Shown: in pieces, positions 1-12,659 of the stretch | Numbering within the stretch: position 1 is the first letter of the stretch | Layout: each line of letters begins with the position of its first letter | DNA from: Ginkgo biloba | Taxonomy: Eukaryota > Plantae > Ginkgophyta | Assembly (NCBI GenBank): GCA_024626585.2 | Contig: JANKJI020000002.1 | Location: 250,899,241 to 250,921,994 of the forward strand | Direction of reading: 5' to 3' | DNA: 22,754 nucleotides | Notes under the pieces: generated by a model | What the model saw: only the letters and a program-made list of their open reading frames with translations | Told to the model about the DNA's origin: nothing | Database searches by the model: none | Translations under genes and position numbers: made by a program

Positions 1-700
1 AAATTATATTTTTTTTCTTGCAAAATCCCTTCTAATTATGGCACCAACCACATGGGGGAATCATTGCAATGCAGTTCTCCCACCAATTTAGTGCAAAATA
101 GAGTTGCAACCATTCGAATAACTTTTGTCCTAAGGTTGAAGACCTTAATCGCCCTATCTCCATGCCATCTCTCTTCTGAGTCATCTATTGTGCATAGTGT
201 CTGAATCCACTTCTTTTTCTTTGATATCACTTTCGGGTGGGAGACTTCCTTCCCCTCATTAGGTATCACTAGTAGACACTCAATATTTATGAACCTCTAC
301 TCCTCGTTCTCATGATACTTTTGTTTGGGGATCATAACTTCATTCCAATTCCTCTAGCACCTTTGAAACTTTGACTAGAACTAGATTCATGATTCTATGT
401 GATACACTAGTAGCCTCTAATAATTTTTGCTGCCTAGTAAATCACAATAACTTATGAAAGTTGTTGACATGATTGATGCTTTCTTTTATTTAGGGACAAA
501 GACCTTATGACAACTACCTTATATAGTTCCTGAAGGTTGATGCATGTTTATGCCCAATGATATCCTGGTGTCCTCTTTAACAATTTCTATTCCTAGCAGA
601 TATCACTGTATTATTGAAAGGTTTTTTAGAATTGATGTGCTCCTTACCCTCATTTTCATAAGGGCAGTCTTACATATATCAGTAAACTTCTTGCCGCATT
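1..700 (-). mobile_element. Possible very old Ty1/copia RT-RNase H relic
   Basis: Weak motifs in copia order on the minus strand: LLGIEIVK (~600; FLGIEI), VISKKKKWIQTLCTIDDSE (SWxSKKQxxVALSSxESE), ELHCND (LxCDN). Similarity is low. Confidence 0.35.
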
Positions 701-1648
701 TTGTGTAAATATTTCTTTATTTGCTCTTTTTTTCATTTACTTAGGCCAACACTTGTTATGAAGTGCATGCCTATGTTCTTTTGATCTAGGCATTTGTGTT
801 AAGCCTTCCAGAACTATATTATGGAATGAATCAATTTTTCCATGATGCAATTAACTTCCATGTTTTGACCAAGGATGAACTGTGTTTGATTTGAATACAT
901 TTTGGTTTGTATACAAATTGTGTCTTGTGAATATAGAAAGAATTTACATTATATCTTTATAAATTAGACAAGCATTTTTATAGACTCTTATTTACAAATT
1001 TGATGATTGATTTGATTGATAAGATAACCAATTTATACATATATTATGTATACATTTGTATACATAGGACTCTTACATAGAACTGTGGATAAGAGTCCTT
1101 TACGGATGAAAGAGGATTTATATATATATAGGTCACATCATACTAATAGTTTATATACATCATATACATACTAACAATTTATATACTATATATATAACAA
1201 GTCCATTTTTTTTACATTCTTAACAAATCATTTATTCCTTGAACAACTCTATGTTTCCTTCTTGCATGTAAAACTTTGGGCTAACATCTTGGGATACAAG
1301 ATACCATAAGAAATCATTTTATGCATAAGGTAGTACAAAATCAAAATCATATGGCCTTTTAGTATGCTTGCTAGTGGTTCCCAAACTCTAGCAATCCTTC
1401 TAAAGAATCAAGGGAAGTTATATAGAACCCTAGGATGGAGTCCTCTTAATTTTGCACAACTTATTAAATGTTTTATACTTCAAGATAATTCCATTAGATG
1501 TCTTATAATGAGACTAGTCTAGGCTAGCACACATAAAAAAATCATTAGTTTGCTTTCATCGAATCTATTAAACTATTTCATCTCTCTAGTCCAATTCAAA
1601 ATAGTCCTTACATTCATAAGACATCATGTTAGCCCTGAAGTCTTATTT

Positions 1649-1768
1649 TCCAAAAGCAATGGCTAGTTTCTCACTATGGTAGCAAAGATTGTGTTTCTTC
1701 TTCTCCTACTCAACATCATGTAACACAAAGGTAGTATCAAGAACATACCCCACAACCTTCATCTTCCC
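1649..1768 (-). pseudogene. PLS-class PPR protein E+/DYW deaminase-domain fragment
   Basis: Minus strand from the gap edge reads [39 protein letters not shown]. This matches the DYW consensus [38 protein letters not shown]. There is an in-frame TAG at 1706-1708, and homology breaks after AFG (K*). Confidence 0.9.
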
Positions 1769-4309
1769 NNNNNNNNNNNNNNNNNNNNNNNNNNNNNNNN
1801 NNNNNNNNNNNNNNNNNNNNNNNNNNNNNNNNNNNNNNNNNNNNNNNNNNNNNNNNNNNNNNNNNNNNGGATCCCAACTTGTTGCCATTTTCTCTAGTAC
1901 CTTCAAGACTCCTGCCAGAACTTGGATTGTGATACTTCGTGATACACTGGTGGCCTCTAACATTTTTCCAATGTGGTTGTCCTTAGGAAGGTTAATCCAT
2001 CACTCACAAAGCTTAGGTGAATCGATCACATACCATATGATAGAATTCTCGGTGGGGGGTCTCCTAAATGGTGTCTCGATATTGATTTTGGGACCCTTGA
2101 TGATATTATGCTTTTTTGTTCTTTACTCACCAACGTGGTCACCACCTTTTGCCACCTTTGGCTTGTATTTCTGTCCAACCATAATTTTAAATTTGAACTA
2201 CACAAAGAAGAGGCTGAAAATTTTATAGAAAAATTGCTCAACTTGGGGAATTTACTCAATTGGTTGGAAGTGGATGCTATTAATTGAAACAATCTTCTTA
2301 AACACTCTAGTGCCTTACTCCTCGAAGTGCTCCTTTGAAATTATCATTGGATTTCTTGCTTGCCATGTTGTTTTGTGGAGAGAATGAAAGGGTGCTTTAT
2401 GTTTTAAAGAGAAAAAGAAAGCAACTTTCCAACTTCCCCTCCAAAGAGCATGGCCGCCACCTCGTTTCTCAAAATAACCATCACCACTTCTCTTGTCATG
2501 CATGTCCCACTTTGCATGTGTGCAGTTAATGAGGTCACCTTTGATCGAGCGAGGGTCGTCGTTTTCATCATCATGTTTTGTACATGCCAATTAAGGCCTT
2601 ACAACCATTTGCATTAGATGCCTTTCTCTAGATTGAGCGACCACCTAGAACTAGATGTTTGGATTTGGCCATCTGGTTTCTCGTGATCGACTGTCTACCT
2701 ACCCAAGGCCAAACGTCTAGGGTAGGTAATGCGAGGTCGAACATTTGGGAGAAGGCATCCAAGATGTGCCATTTGGCTTCCCCAAGCAAACTCATATAAG
2801 TCTTTCATTGGCTAAGTGATAATCTACCTATCTTTCTTCCTCAGACTTTCTCTACCTGAAACCTGTCGAGGATTGGATGATCTTCTATGTTGAAATCACT
2901 GCTCAAACATACTTNNNNNNNNNNNNNNNNNNNNNNNNNNNNNNNNNNNNNNNNNNNNNNNNNNNNNNNNNNNNNNNNNNNNNNNNNNNNNNNNNNNNNN
3001 NNNNNNNNNNNNNNCTTCTCTTCATTACTAGGGTTAGCTTGTTGATTTTTATCAAATGAATTTCAACTTAATAGGATAATCTTTGATCATGCTCTAAGCT
3101 TTGACACCTAAAATAAAATATTTGGAACATTAAAGTCTTAACAGGTTCAACAAATACAGGGTTACCACTTTCAATAGTACTCTATTGTTTTAGTTCTTTG
3201 GACATGTAAACTTTGGCATATACTGTCCTATTTGGCCTTAAGTTGAAACAACCTAGTTGGTTGTAGCACATAAATGTGTTGATGGAAACAATAATGGTTC
3301 TCANNNNNNNNNNNNNNNNNNNNNNNNNNNNNNNNNNNNNNNNNNNNNNNNNNNNNNNNNNNNNNNNNNNNNNNNNNNNNNNNNNNNNNNNNNNNNNNNN
3401 NNNNNNNNNNNNNNNTATCAAGTCCAAGAACCTTTGAGAAGTATCTCATTGCTCTCTTTTGGCCTATCAAAAACAAATAAGTAAATATATTTACAATCGT
3501 AAATTTCTCATGTTTTCTTAATCCAAAGTTTGAGTATAGTCTCATGGGGAGGTCTTTCAAGAAAATATCCAATAGAAGTTAAATTACTACAAATAAAATT
3601 CGAATGCTCTAGACCAATCACAACTTTAATCAAATGATTATTATCTTTCAATACANNNNNNNNNNCGGGACAAATTTCTAGGCTCTCTTAGGTTCCATCA
3701 AGCAAAGCTTCTACAATTAACTACTCTAGACTTAGATATAGTTTTTGACACAATATGCAAGTTGGGGTCTCATAATGAGCTTGTTTGCATCCATTCGAGG
3801 GGTATATTTATGCTAAAGGGCAATCGAAAGCTCAATATAGGTGAATTAATGGCACATCTAAAAACAAAGATTTGATAAGACAAACTGGATCAGTCAATAC
3901 AACGGACCTACAATCCACCCTAATCAGCTCATCTCGAACATTACAGATTGCCTTCTCCAGTTCCACTCATCTTTAGTATGTTACACTTTTAACTTACCAT
4001 ACCACGTGATTTTGAAACTCCAACAAAAAGTGGGCAGTTACAGTCATATGGCAATTCAGACATGTTCCTTTAATAAGAGGCTAAAAGGATATTCCTACTA
4101 TTATTATACTTCAGACAGAAACAAATAGGTAAAATCATAATAAAAAATGTTTCTTGCTATACAGAGCCAATCAGAAAATTGATTGGCTTTTGGTTGCTAA
4201 TTTTTTGCTGGAAATGTTTTTCATTTACATGATCTACAAATATCACAGGAAGGAGAAATTTACTCAGCAATATCAAACCCATGAAAACAGAACAATTTGG
4301 AAGACTCAC

Positions 4310-4450
4310 CTGTTTCAAGAAGACATGCAGCTGGGGATGAGAACTTGGATCAACTGTAACCTCAAAGAGCGGAATGAAAATATTATCCAAAATATTCTGA
4401 AAAGATGTAACGATTCCCATTTCCTTATACACGTTATATAATCGAGGCAA
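4310..4450 (-). CDS. AMPD: AMP deaminase exon (141 nt)
   Basis: gtttcag|TTG CCT CGA... translates LPRLYNVYKEMGIVTSFQNILDNIFIPLFEVTVDPSSHPQLHVFLKQ; donor CAG|gtgagt. Near-identical to the recalled plant AMPD segment LPRLYNIYKDMGIVTSFQNILDNIFIPLFE. Confidence 0.97.
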
Positions 4451-4768
4451 CTGAAACAAGGAATAACAAATATTAATTGTAATACACCAACATCATTTAG
4501 AAAAGTTAATTGATAATATATACATTTAAGCATCATAAAACAACCTAAACAAACATAATTCGCAATGTCTCTACACTAAAGACCGCACCATTTATGTAGA
4601 TAACGTGCTAGAAAATAAGGCAATTGAAACAGGAATAATCAAATAAAAGATAATAGACAAGTGTGCCAGCAGCAATACAGAAACATCATGTTATATCAAC
4701 TATCCAAACATCCCAAAATATCCCAAACAAACATCATTCACAATATCATATACACTAAATAGCACACC
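4444..4768. repeat. Degenerate tandem duplication (~175-bp period) overlapping the AMPD splice acceptor
   Basis: gaggcaactgaaacaaggaataacaaata (4444) versus aaggcaattgaaacaggaataatcaaata (4617); aaacaaacataattcgcaatgtctctacactaaagaccgcacc (4547) versus aaacaaacatcattcacaatatcatatacactaaatagcacacc (4725). Confidence 0.75.
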
Positions 4769-6149
4769 TCTTCCTTCGCTTGGCCCTTGAGCAATTAAAC
4801 AAACTGACACTTAGTCTTGTGTAGTGCCTGAACATAATATTACATGTATATCTGGGCACCAATAGGATGCTCTATAAGCCAGAATGGTGTGAAGCAAGTA
4901 AGCACTATTATGGTGCTCTCATAAAGGTGTTCAAAATCTCCATGATGTTTTGATGCCTTTCAAGTTACCAATCATTGATTTCATCTCAAAGCGTGGTTGG
5001 GAAGGATTTTAGCCAATAATCTTCACCTTCTTCTCGATTGAAAGTTTATATGTTCTCATTACTGTTACAAAGCCAACTTGACTATTTTCTCATATGGTAC
5101 ATGAAAAATTCCATAGCAGATCTGAAAACCGAAAGAGAAGAAGAGATAAACAATGGAGTTTCATATTATGCAACTTCAACTTGGATGATTGATACATTCA
5201 AATGAGAGACATATTTGAATATGTCTTAAATGGTTGCATTCCTATGAACTACCCTAACTTTCACAATTAAAGGAAGTATTTATTAGTCAAAGTACATGAC
5301 ATATAACTTAATTAAAATCTGACTCTAAAAGCTAGACTAACCCTTCATGCAACCACTACACTATTTAGCCTTAACATAAAACTAGTTATGTATTTTACAA
5401 ATAGACATTAAAGTCTANNNNNNNNNNNNNNNNNNNNNNNNNNNNNNNNNNNNNNNNNNNNNNNNNNNNNNNNNNNNNNNNNNNNNNNNNNNNNNNNNNN
5501 NNNNNNNNNNNNNNNNNGACTTCTCTAGATTGTAACATTACAAGTGGTCCATGGAATCTAAAGTTTTCTTCAATTTGTTGTTTATGAATGCAAAAGATTG
5601 CACTAAAGTCAAAACAAGGGGTCCTTATATTTTGAAAGGTACATGAGTTGCATTTTAAAGTTGGTATCCACACTTTACATTGAAACTAAGTCCATTGATG
5701 TCCTAGTATAAGTTAGATTATGTGCTTTCTCAAATGAATACCAAAATGAGGAAACTGTTTTTAAGAAGAAAAGCATCATTTAAGAATCACTTTTATCAAT
5801 AAATGAAGACACATTACAAAGAAGATCTACAAAATTTGCTAACATATGTTTTGGTTACTCAAAATGAGCTCAAAGAACACATTATATTTGCTCGAGGAGG
5901 GTCACAGAACATAAAATAATTTAGGTTATGAAAAGGTTCTTTTTAGATGCAATAATTTCCTTGAGATTGGTCTGACTAGGTTTATGTCTCTGAAACTACA
6001 ACCTAGTCTTAATATGAAACTTGAAAAGAATAAGAAACAAAAGATAGAAAAGCTAGAATAGTCCCAACCAAATCAAAGATAATCAAATAGGGAATATCCA
6101 AAACAAACACAAACCCCACATGCAAATGGATATGTAAAAGATGGAAAAT

Positions 6150-8330
6150 GTGAATAAGAGCAAACCAAGAAAAGAGAAAGTGTTCATCAATGTAGAAAAG
6201 GACACTGCAAAAAAGGATAAAGGTGAAAGTGCAAAAGGAGTTATGAGTAGCCCTGAGTGGGTCACTCGCTATAAATTTACTTAGAAAAATTATGCAGGGT
6301 TTCAAGTTTAAGGTGAAAAAAGCCAAATACCATCTAATGACTCAAGGATGAGGAAGGAAGAGATTTGGAATCAAAAGAATAGAGATTCCCAGTACTAACA
6401 ATCTACTAGGCCAAAAGGTGAATTTGCTAGGAGTTCTAACCGTTCCACTTTTCCTAAGAGGTGAATCTCTCTAAACTCTCAAATGGAGGTTAATTAAAGA
6501 ATACTAATACAGAAAAGAATCCCCAAGGGAAACAAAATATAAAGAACCTCAAATCAAGGACACTAGCATGCTCTCCAAATAGATAGCTTAATTAAAAAAG
6601 GCTCAAACTATTGCTCTTGAACTTAAGAGACCTAGGACCAAACCAAATCTTCAAGAAGAACAGGAAAATGAAGAATTCATGTGTATGTTCTCAAACAATT
6701 AAGATTGACATTCAAAATGCCAATAGGGGAAACTAGAGTAGTTTCAACATGCCCAATAATTCTCTGGGGTAGAAAAAATACAGGTCAACTCAATCAACTC
6801 ACATAGCACATGTTGGCCATAGGACCTATCTAAGCTTTTGTAGCCATGGATAGGTAAACATTGTGTTTATGTTCCACCCATTGTCATGGGCCATATAGTG
6901 CTTTGACCTAATGTTTTAAATGAAGTTAGTTAAGAGAGGACAAGTGATTCTAATTGAAAATTTGAATTGTATGCAAAATAGTCACCTCTCCTTCATAATC
7001 AATAAGAAGAGTCAAAGAAAGGATAAAGTTTTGAATGACTAAAGGAATCATTAAAGCTCTTGAAATTAGGATGGGAAGGGAACATAATTGCACATGACCA
7101 AATAATAAAAGAATTATGCAAGCAAGCTTTAGGTGGTCAAGTAGAGGATACTTTTCAATAGTTATCAGAAACAAGATTCATATGTCCATTCATCAAGGAA
7201 ATCTAAGCATAAATATCTTGGATCATATCCCATCCTTGTTGGATATTAATTTATACTCACCCTTTGACGGTTTGAACACAATTAGAATTCTCTCTCCTCA
7301 AGGATGTAAGCAGGGGACGAGTTGCATCCAAATTTAAGGTTTTCAAAATATAAATTATCCTAATGAAACAAATCAAGGCATTACTTAAATATATATAGGG
7401 AAGGAGAAACACACAAAAGANNNNNNNNNNNNNNNNNNNNNNNNNNNNNNNNNNNNNNNNNNNNNNNNNNNNNNNNNNNNNNNNNNNNNNNNNNNNNNNN
7501 NNNNNNNNNNNNNNNNTTATTTGAACAATTAGGTAAGGAAAGTAAATTTTTTGTGGTTGGAATGAGGTGAAGGGAAAAAGTTAAGTGGGGCTAGAAGGAG
7601 ATAGGAAGGCATGTTTTACCAAGCAGAAATCAAATGGTTAAAACAAAGGATAGATGAGTTTTATTGAGTCAACCAAAAATCAAAAAGAAGATCAAGATAT
7701 GGAAAAGTGATGGCAAGATGGAGAAACAATCAAAGCCACCTATGCCATCCTTTAGGTTGGGCCAACAAACAAGAAAAAAATTTGAAACCCATCAAACAAA
7801 TGTGAAGGAACACTACACTTGGACTTAATGCTTTTCCTATTGAGTTGTGTAAGGAATTCTTTTATGTTATTAAGAAATAACTCACTAGTATGATTCAAGA
7901 GACCTAAGGAAATGGATTCATACACCCACTCATCATACTTTGAAAGGTAAAGTTGGTAGCTATATGTATACTTGAAGCCAATTGCTTTGAGCAATGACCC
8001 CTACAGATAATAGTAAATGCCATAGTCAAATGACTTCATGAGGTTATCTCAAATTTGACAGATTCAAATTTAAGCTAACATCTCTATTGTTCATGAAGCA
8101 TTTTACACACCAAAGCTTGGAAAATTACATGTGATTGTGTTCAAAGTTGATATGTTAAAATTTTTTGACAAAATCCAACAACCTCTTGTCCTAGCAAGCT
8201 TGGGGTGTAAACTCTTTCCACAATTTCATAACATAAGTAATAGTTGGTCTAATGACAACTACGTGAATCTCTATGAACTTTCACAAATCATACAAGGCTA
8301 TGGACTATGAGATATAAACAATCACCAAAA
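6150..8330 (+). mobile_element. Highly decayed L1-type LINE (endonuclease end, linker, RT motif); boundaries approximate
   Basis: Motifs in the expected order: DHIPSLLDIN at 7221 (SDHxPILL, end of the APE endonuclease), LEGDRKACF at 7591 (WLxEGDRNTKFF), and QI*ANISIVHEAF...VIVFKVDMLKFFDKI at ~8065-8175 (QIxDNILxAHE...KLDMxKAYDRV). A weak HQCRKGH zinc-knuckle-like relic lies near 6185. Confidence 0.65.
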
Positions 8331-8899
8331 TGNNNNNNNNNNNNNNNNNNNNNNNNNNNNNNNNNNNNNNNNNNNNNNNNNNNNNNNNNNNNNNNNNNNN
8401 NNNNNNNNNNNNNNNNNNNNNNNNNNNNNNNNTCAAGGAAGTAAGACACCATTCTCTCTCCTCCCATGTAAATTATCTCTATTATTGCCTATACTAAAAC
8501 TTGACATCTTGCATATGGTTAAAGGTGAAAGCATTAGAAAATTGCCTAAAGTTGGAAGATTCTTGTATTCTTGCATATGTTGTGTTGCTCGCTCATGCTT
8601 TGTGCATGCAGAGATCAATAAAATGTAACAGTTTTGCTATCTGTACCTGCAAGACAACCATGGTCAACAAGCATCCATTATAGTGTTAGGATTTTACAGC
8701 ATAACCACATATACATTGGTACACAAGTAGGGTTGCTAAACTAGGGGAAATTGACAGAAGGGTGGAACATCCATTGCCACCAATTGCAACCTCATGCAAC
8801 TGTCAGTGCCTAACAAAACTACTTGACTAGACTCCACCCCTTCACCCCAATAACGGTACAGATACCCCATTTATGATCAAATTGATGATGATCCTTCAT

Positions 8900-9603
8900 C
8901 TAATCAAGATATGGAAGCACTATGAGTTGGTGATTAACCACAAACCATTACTATCCTTTCTACCAAAAGCAGAGATGGAGTGNNNNNNNNNNNNNNNNNN
9001 NNNNNNNNNNNNNNNNNNNNNNNNNNNNNNNNNNNNNNNNNNNNTAAGAAAGAAGAATATAGTGGTAGATGCCTTTTCAAGGATGACACAAGTAACAATT
9101 GTGATAAAGGTGCAAGGATTGATAAGGAGTGAGATCCAAGAATCCCAAAGGCACAATAAATGGTGTCAAGAAGTAAGAAAAACATTGAAAGATGCAGAAT
9201 GTTGCCAACATTTCCAAGTAAAGGACAATATGCTATTGTATGGAGAGAGGATCGTGATTTTAGATTTGCCCAATTGAAATATAGGATTCCCTATAAGCTC
9301 CACAATAGCCCCTTTGCAAGCCATGTGGAACGACATAAGACTTATGAAGCAACAAACGTATATACGTCTATTAGAGGAACATGAATTAGGAAATAACAAA
9401 CTATGTAAAGGCATGTGAGCAATGTTAAGTTACCAAAGTAAAAAGGGGGCAACTAGTAGGGTTGTTGATGCCATTGTCGATTCCTGAGAGTAAATGGGTA
9501 CATCTATGGATTTTGTCATGTGCCTCCAAAGGATGCAAAGGCAACACAATTGGATAGTAGTGGTCGTGCATCGTCTCACAAAATGGCTAGATTTATAGCA
9601 ACA
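8900..9603 (+). mobile_element. Ty3/gypsy pol remnant, part 1 (RNase H end, integrase zinc finger, start of integrase core)
   Basis: Degenerate motifs across frameshifts and stops: KIWKHY...NHKPL, KKNIVVDAFSR (GKxNxVADALSR), HNSPFASHVERHKTY (HxxPxxGHxGxxKT), ACEQC*VTK, GLLMPLSIPESKW, SMDFV, VVVHRLTK/MARFIAT. Confidence 0.88.
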
Positions 9604-11744
9604 ATCTCGCCTTCTAAACTTACATGCCAACACAATTAATAACTACAACATTGATAATAATCAAAGTACAAGTACATAATAAATATTCATTTATATTATT
9701 TAATAATAAATGCACGTATAAAGTGTAAACACATCGCAAACTCAAAGGTAGAACTTTAGTATTATTGGTTGCAATACTAAAGTGATCAAGAGACAATGTG
9801 CACAAAATAAAACCTACAAGTCAATCTAGATATACGGCCCACTATGACTGCTAGCACAACTCATAGCACCGCAACATCTTTGAGGGTTCTTAGGGTGCTA
9901 GCCCAAATAATCATTGCTCACAAGGGCTAAGACTCGTACAATCCCAAACNNNNNNNNNNNNNNNNNNNNNNNNNNNNNNNNNNNNNNNNNNNNNNNNNNN
10001 NNNNNNNNNNNNNNNNNNNNNNNNNNNNNNNNNNNNNNNNNNNNNNNNNAGGAGACGTTGTGCCCTAGTCATTTGTGGTCGTTGAAGCACAAGAATAAAA
10101 GCCATTGTGCAGAAGGAGAACGGGTTAGCTGGTTGCATAAGGGGGATTATTGGAGAGTTCGTTGGTTGGTTGTTTGGGCACTTGGAGGAGAGAGGGTTCG
10201 ACTATTGAAGGATTGAAGAATTGATCATTGGAGCCATGTAAGGCGTTTGCTAGTATGATTGAAGGTTGAGTTGAGGGTTCAAGCCCAGAGAGAAATTGCA
10301 AAATGAATCAAATGCCCAATTCAAGGTGTGTGTGCAGAATAGTGGAGGAACGTCAAACAAGGGCAAATTGTGAAAGTGGGTTTCGTCCCATACCTATAGG
10401 GCTTGAGTGAGTGAGCCGAAGAGCGTCGTAGTAGCCAGCAGAGGTTGAATGATTGGGTAGATCGTCGAGAGAGGCAGCTTAGGTAGGACACATGGAATTT
10501 CGTCTTGTGGATTATGAAGTTGAGGTGTTGAAGAATCCGCCAGAGACACAATAGCTGAAGAATGCCGAGCATACACGCCGAGGGAGGCAGCTCGAGGTCC
10601 AAAGGCAATGGCCCGATGAATTTGATTCAGTGTGAGTACATGTAATGGCCCTCTGATAGTGAGGAAGAGCTGTAGAGGCTAATGTAATTGGTAAATTATT
10701 AATTTTGAATATATCTGGAGCTTTATTCCCTGAGGGTTTCTCCAGTTGAAATATCGTGTGTCGCCTTGATGTCTTTATGTGTTTTGATGTTCATACCTTG
10801 TTATTAAAAATAACTAGTGATTTATGATTGAATTACATATGGGTTATCGGTGAACTCATAATTGACTTGATAGACCATGAACTCCTTGTTGAGAGCTTGT
10901 CAACGTCATTGACATTGTTTATGTACAAAGATCCTAGAAGGCAGGGCAATAACAACAATTGTAGAAGTCTACTAGCATGTCAGCGTGGAAGTTTAAGAGC
11001 AATCTGATGATTGATGGAGGAATTATAAGTGTTAGTGTTGGTGGTGATAGGATTCCCACGTCAACGTCGATTTAGTCTTGGCCAATGTTTGATAGCCTAG
11101 CGAGTGAAAATATCTATGTTTGAATATTTGGAGGGTGNNNNNNNNNNNNNNNNNNNNNNNNNNNNNNNNNNNNNNNNNNNNNNNNNNNNNNNNNNNNNNN
11201 NNNNNNNNNNNNNNNNNNNNNNNNNNNNNNNNNNNNNAGGTGACAACCATCTCAATTGTTATTTTATTATAAAAAGATCACTTATTTATAAGTGAGAGTA
11301 CAAACAAGACAATTCACGTTTACACATGTGGGATTTACCCTTTTAATTAATTCATTAGAGCTTCTCTTAGGGTTTTTAAAGCCCGTTGACCAACTTTGGC
11401 AGACCTTTGACAAAGTTTGACCGAGCTTGGACTAGCGTTGATTGNNNNNNNNNNNNNNNNNNTAAGAAGCTCTCTATGGCACTCTCTTGTTCCACATTAT
11501 TCCTTAAAAGAAGGCGCTCTTGGCTCCGCTTTGCGTAATTTTCTCTCTCCTAAGCACCACACCATGGGTTTCATCATCATGTATAATATTAGTGATCTAG
11601 CCCCATCATTCAGTATAGGCTTAGATACATCTTCCAAGGTTGATTTCAATGCATCCTTCTTGGCTTGCTTTAGCCCACATTTCAAGGTCAAATTTGCAAT
11701 GTTGTTGGGCTGTAATATGTATCCCTTGTCGTATAACCCGTAAA
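9604..11744. mobile_element. Nested insertion(s) of LTR-like sequence interrupting the gypsy integrase
   Basis: Integrase homology stops at 9603 and resumes at ~11745-11773 only a few residues further along the consensus. The intervening sequence has no pol homology, spans three gaps, and has LTR-like composition (e.g. 10050-10870 with gagggtttctccag..aaatatcgtgtgtc). Confidence 0.6.
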
Positions 11745-12659
11745 GGGAAAGACAACTAAAATTTTAACAATAGAAATCATCACCAAGAATGGAGTACCTA
11801 AGAATATTGTCAATGATTAAGATACTAAATTCACGAGCCACTTATGGCAGGACTTTTTCCAAAGGGTGATCACATAATTAAACACCAATAGCGGTGATTA
11901 CCCTCAGACAAATGGACAAATAGAAAAAGTAAACCAAATCATGGAGAATATTTTGAGGCCATACGTAGTGACTAAGCAAAGAAGTCAAAAGGAGAAGCTT
12001 CCCTTTGCGGAATTTGTATACAATAACAATAAACATTTGGCTACAAGTATGACACTGTTTAAAGCAATGTATGGTTATGAGCCTCTTATTCCCTCAGATT
12101 TGGAATTCAAGAATTTTAAAGGAAATACTTAATTATCACTAGAAAATCTCAAGCAAATGCAAGACGAATTAGAGTGACAAAGGAATATTGAAAGAGTCCA
12201 AGCTCCTCCCAAATCGTATGGGGATTGGCATAGATTGTAGAGATCATTTGAGGTGGCAGATACGATGTACTAAAGAGTCATGCCAAATAGTTCCTTGTCT
12301 ACAAGAAGATGTTCAAAGCTCCAACTAAGGTATTGTGGACTACTCCAATGCTAGAGAAGATAAATGAAGCAATGTACACATTACAATTGCCAACAGTTGA
12401 AAATGCACCCAACTTTCCACATAAGTTTTCTTAAGAAAGCCTTATCTTGATTTGATAATGGAATGCTTGCTTTTGTAGATGTACAAGAAGTAAAGCAAGA
12501 GCTGCATGACCTCGTCAAAATATTAGAAGAAAGAAGAAGAAAGGTGTGGAATAAGGAAATTAAAGATATGCAGTGGAATGGTCAAATAAGTCAATCGAAG
12601 AAGGCACATCATAATCAATCATGTTTTAAGGACAAAGATCTTTCCACAACAAGGAAAGA
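11745..12659 (+). mobile_element. Ty3/gypsy pol remnant, part 2 (integrase core, GPY/F region, chromodomain-like tail, PPT-like purine run); chromovirus-like
   Basis: EIITKNGVPKNIVND*DTKFTSHLWQ, YPQTNGQIEKVNQIMENILRPYV, LPFAEFVYNN..HLATSMTLFKAMYG, SKLQLRYCG, YTLQLP/MHPTFHISFLKK, then KILEERRRKVWNKEIK. The purine-rich aacaaggaaaga at 12648-12659 lies just before TGT. Confidence 0.88.

Noticed and set aside
925-1224. Very AT-rich TA-repeat block bounded by TG...CA, a possible solo LTR
   Set aside because: No target-site duplication identifiable and the low complexity makes the ends ambiguous.
1545-1563. Minus-strand FDESK as the next AMPD exon (VDDESKPERR)
   Set aside because: Only four residues match; no VVGFDLV before or PERRPTK after, and no splice sites.
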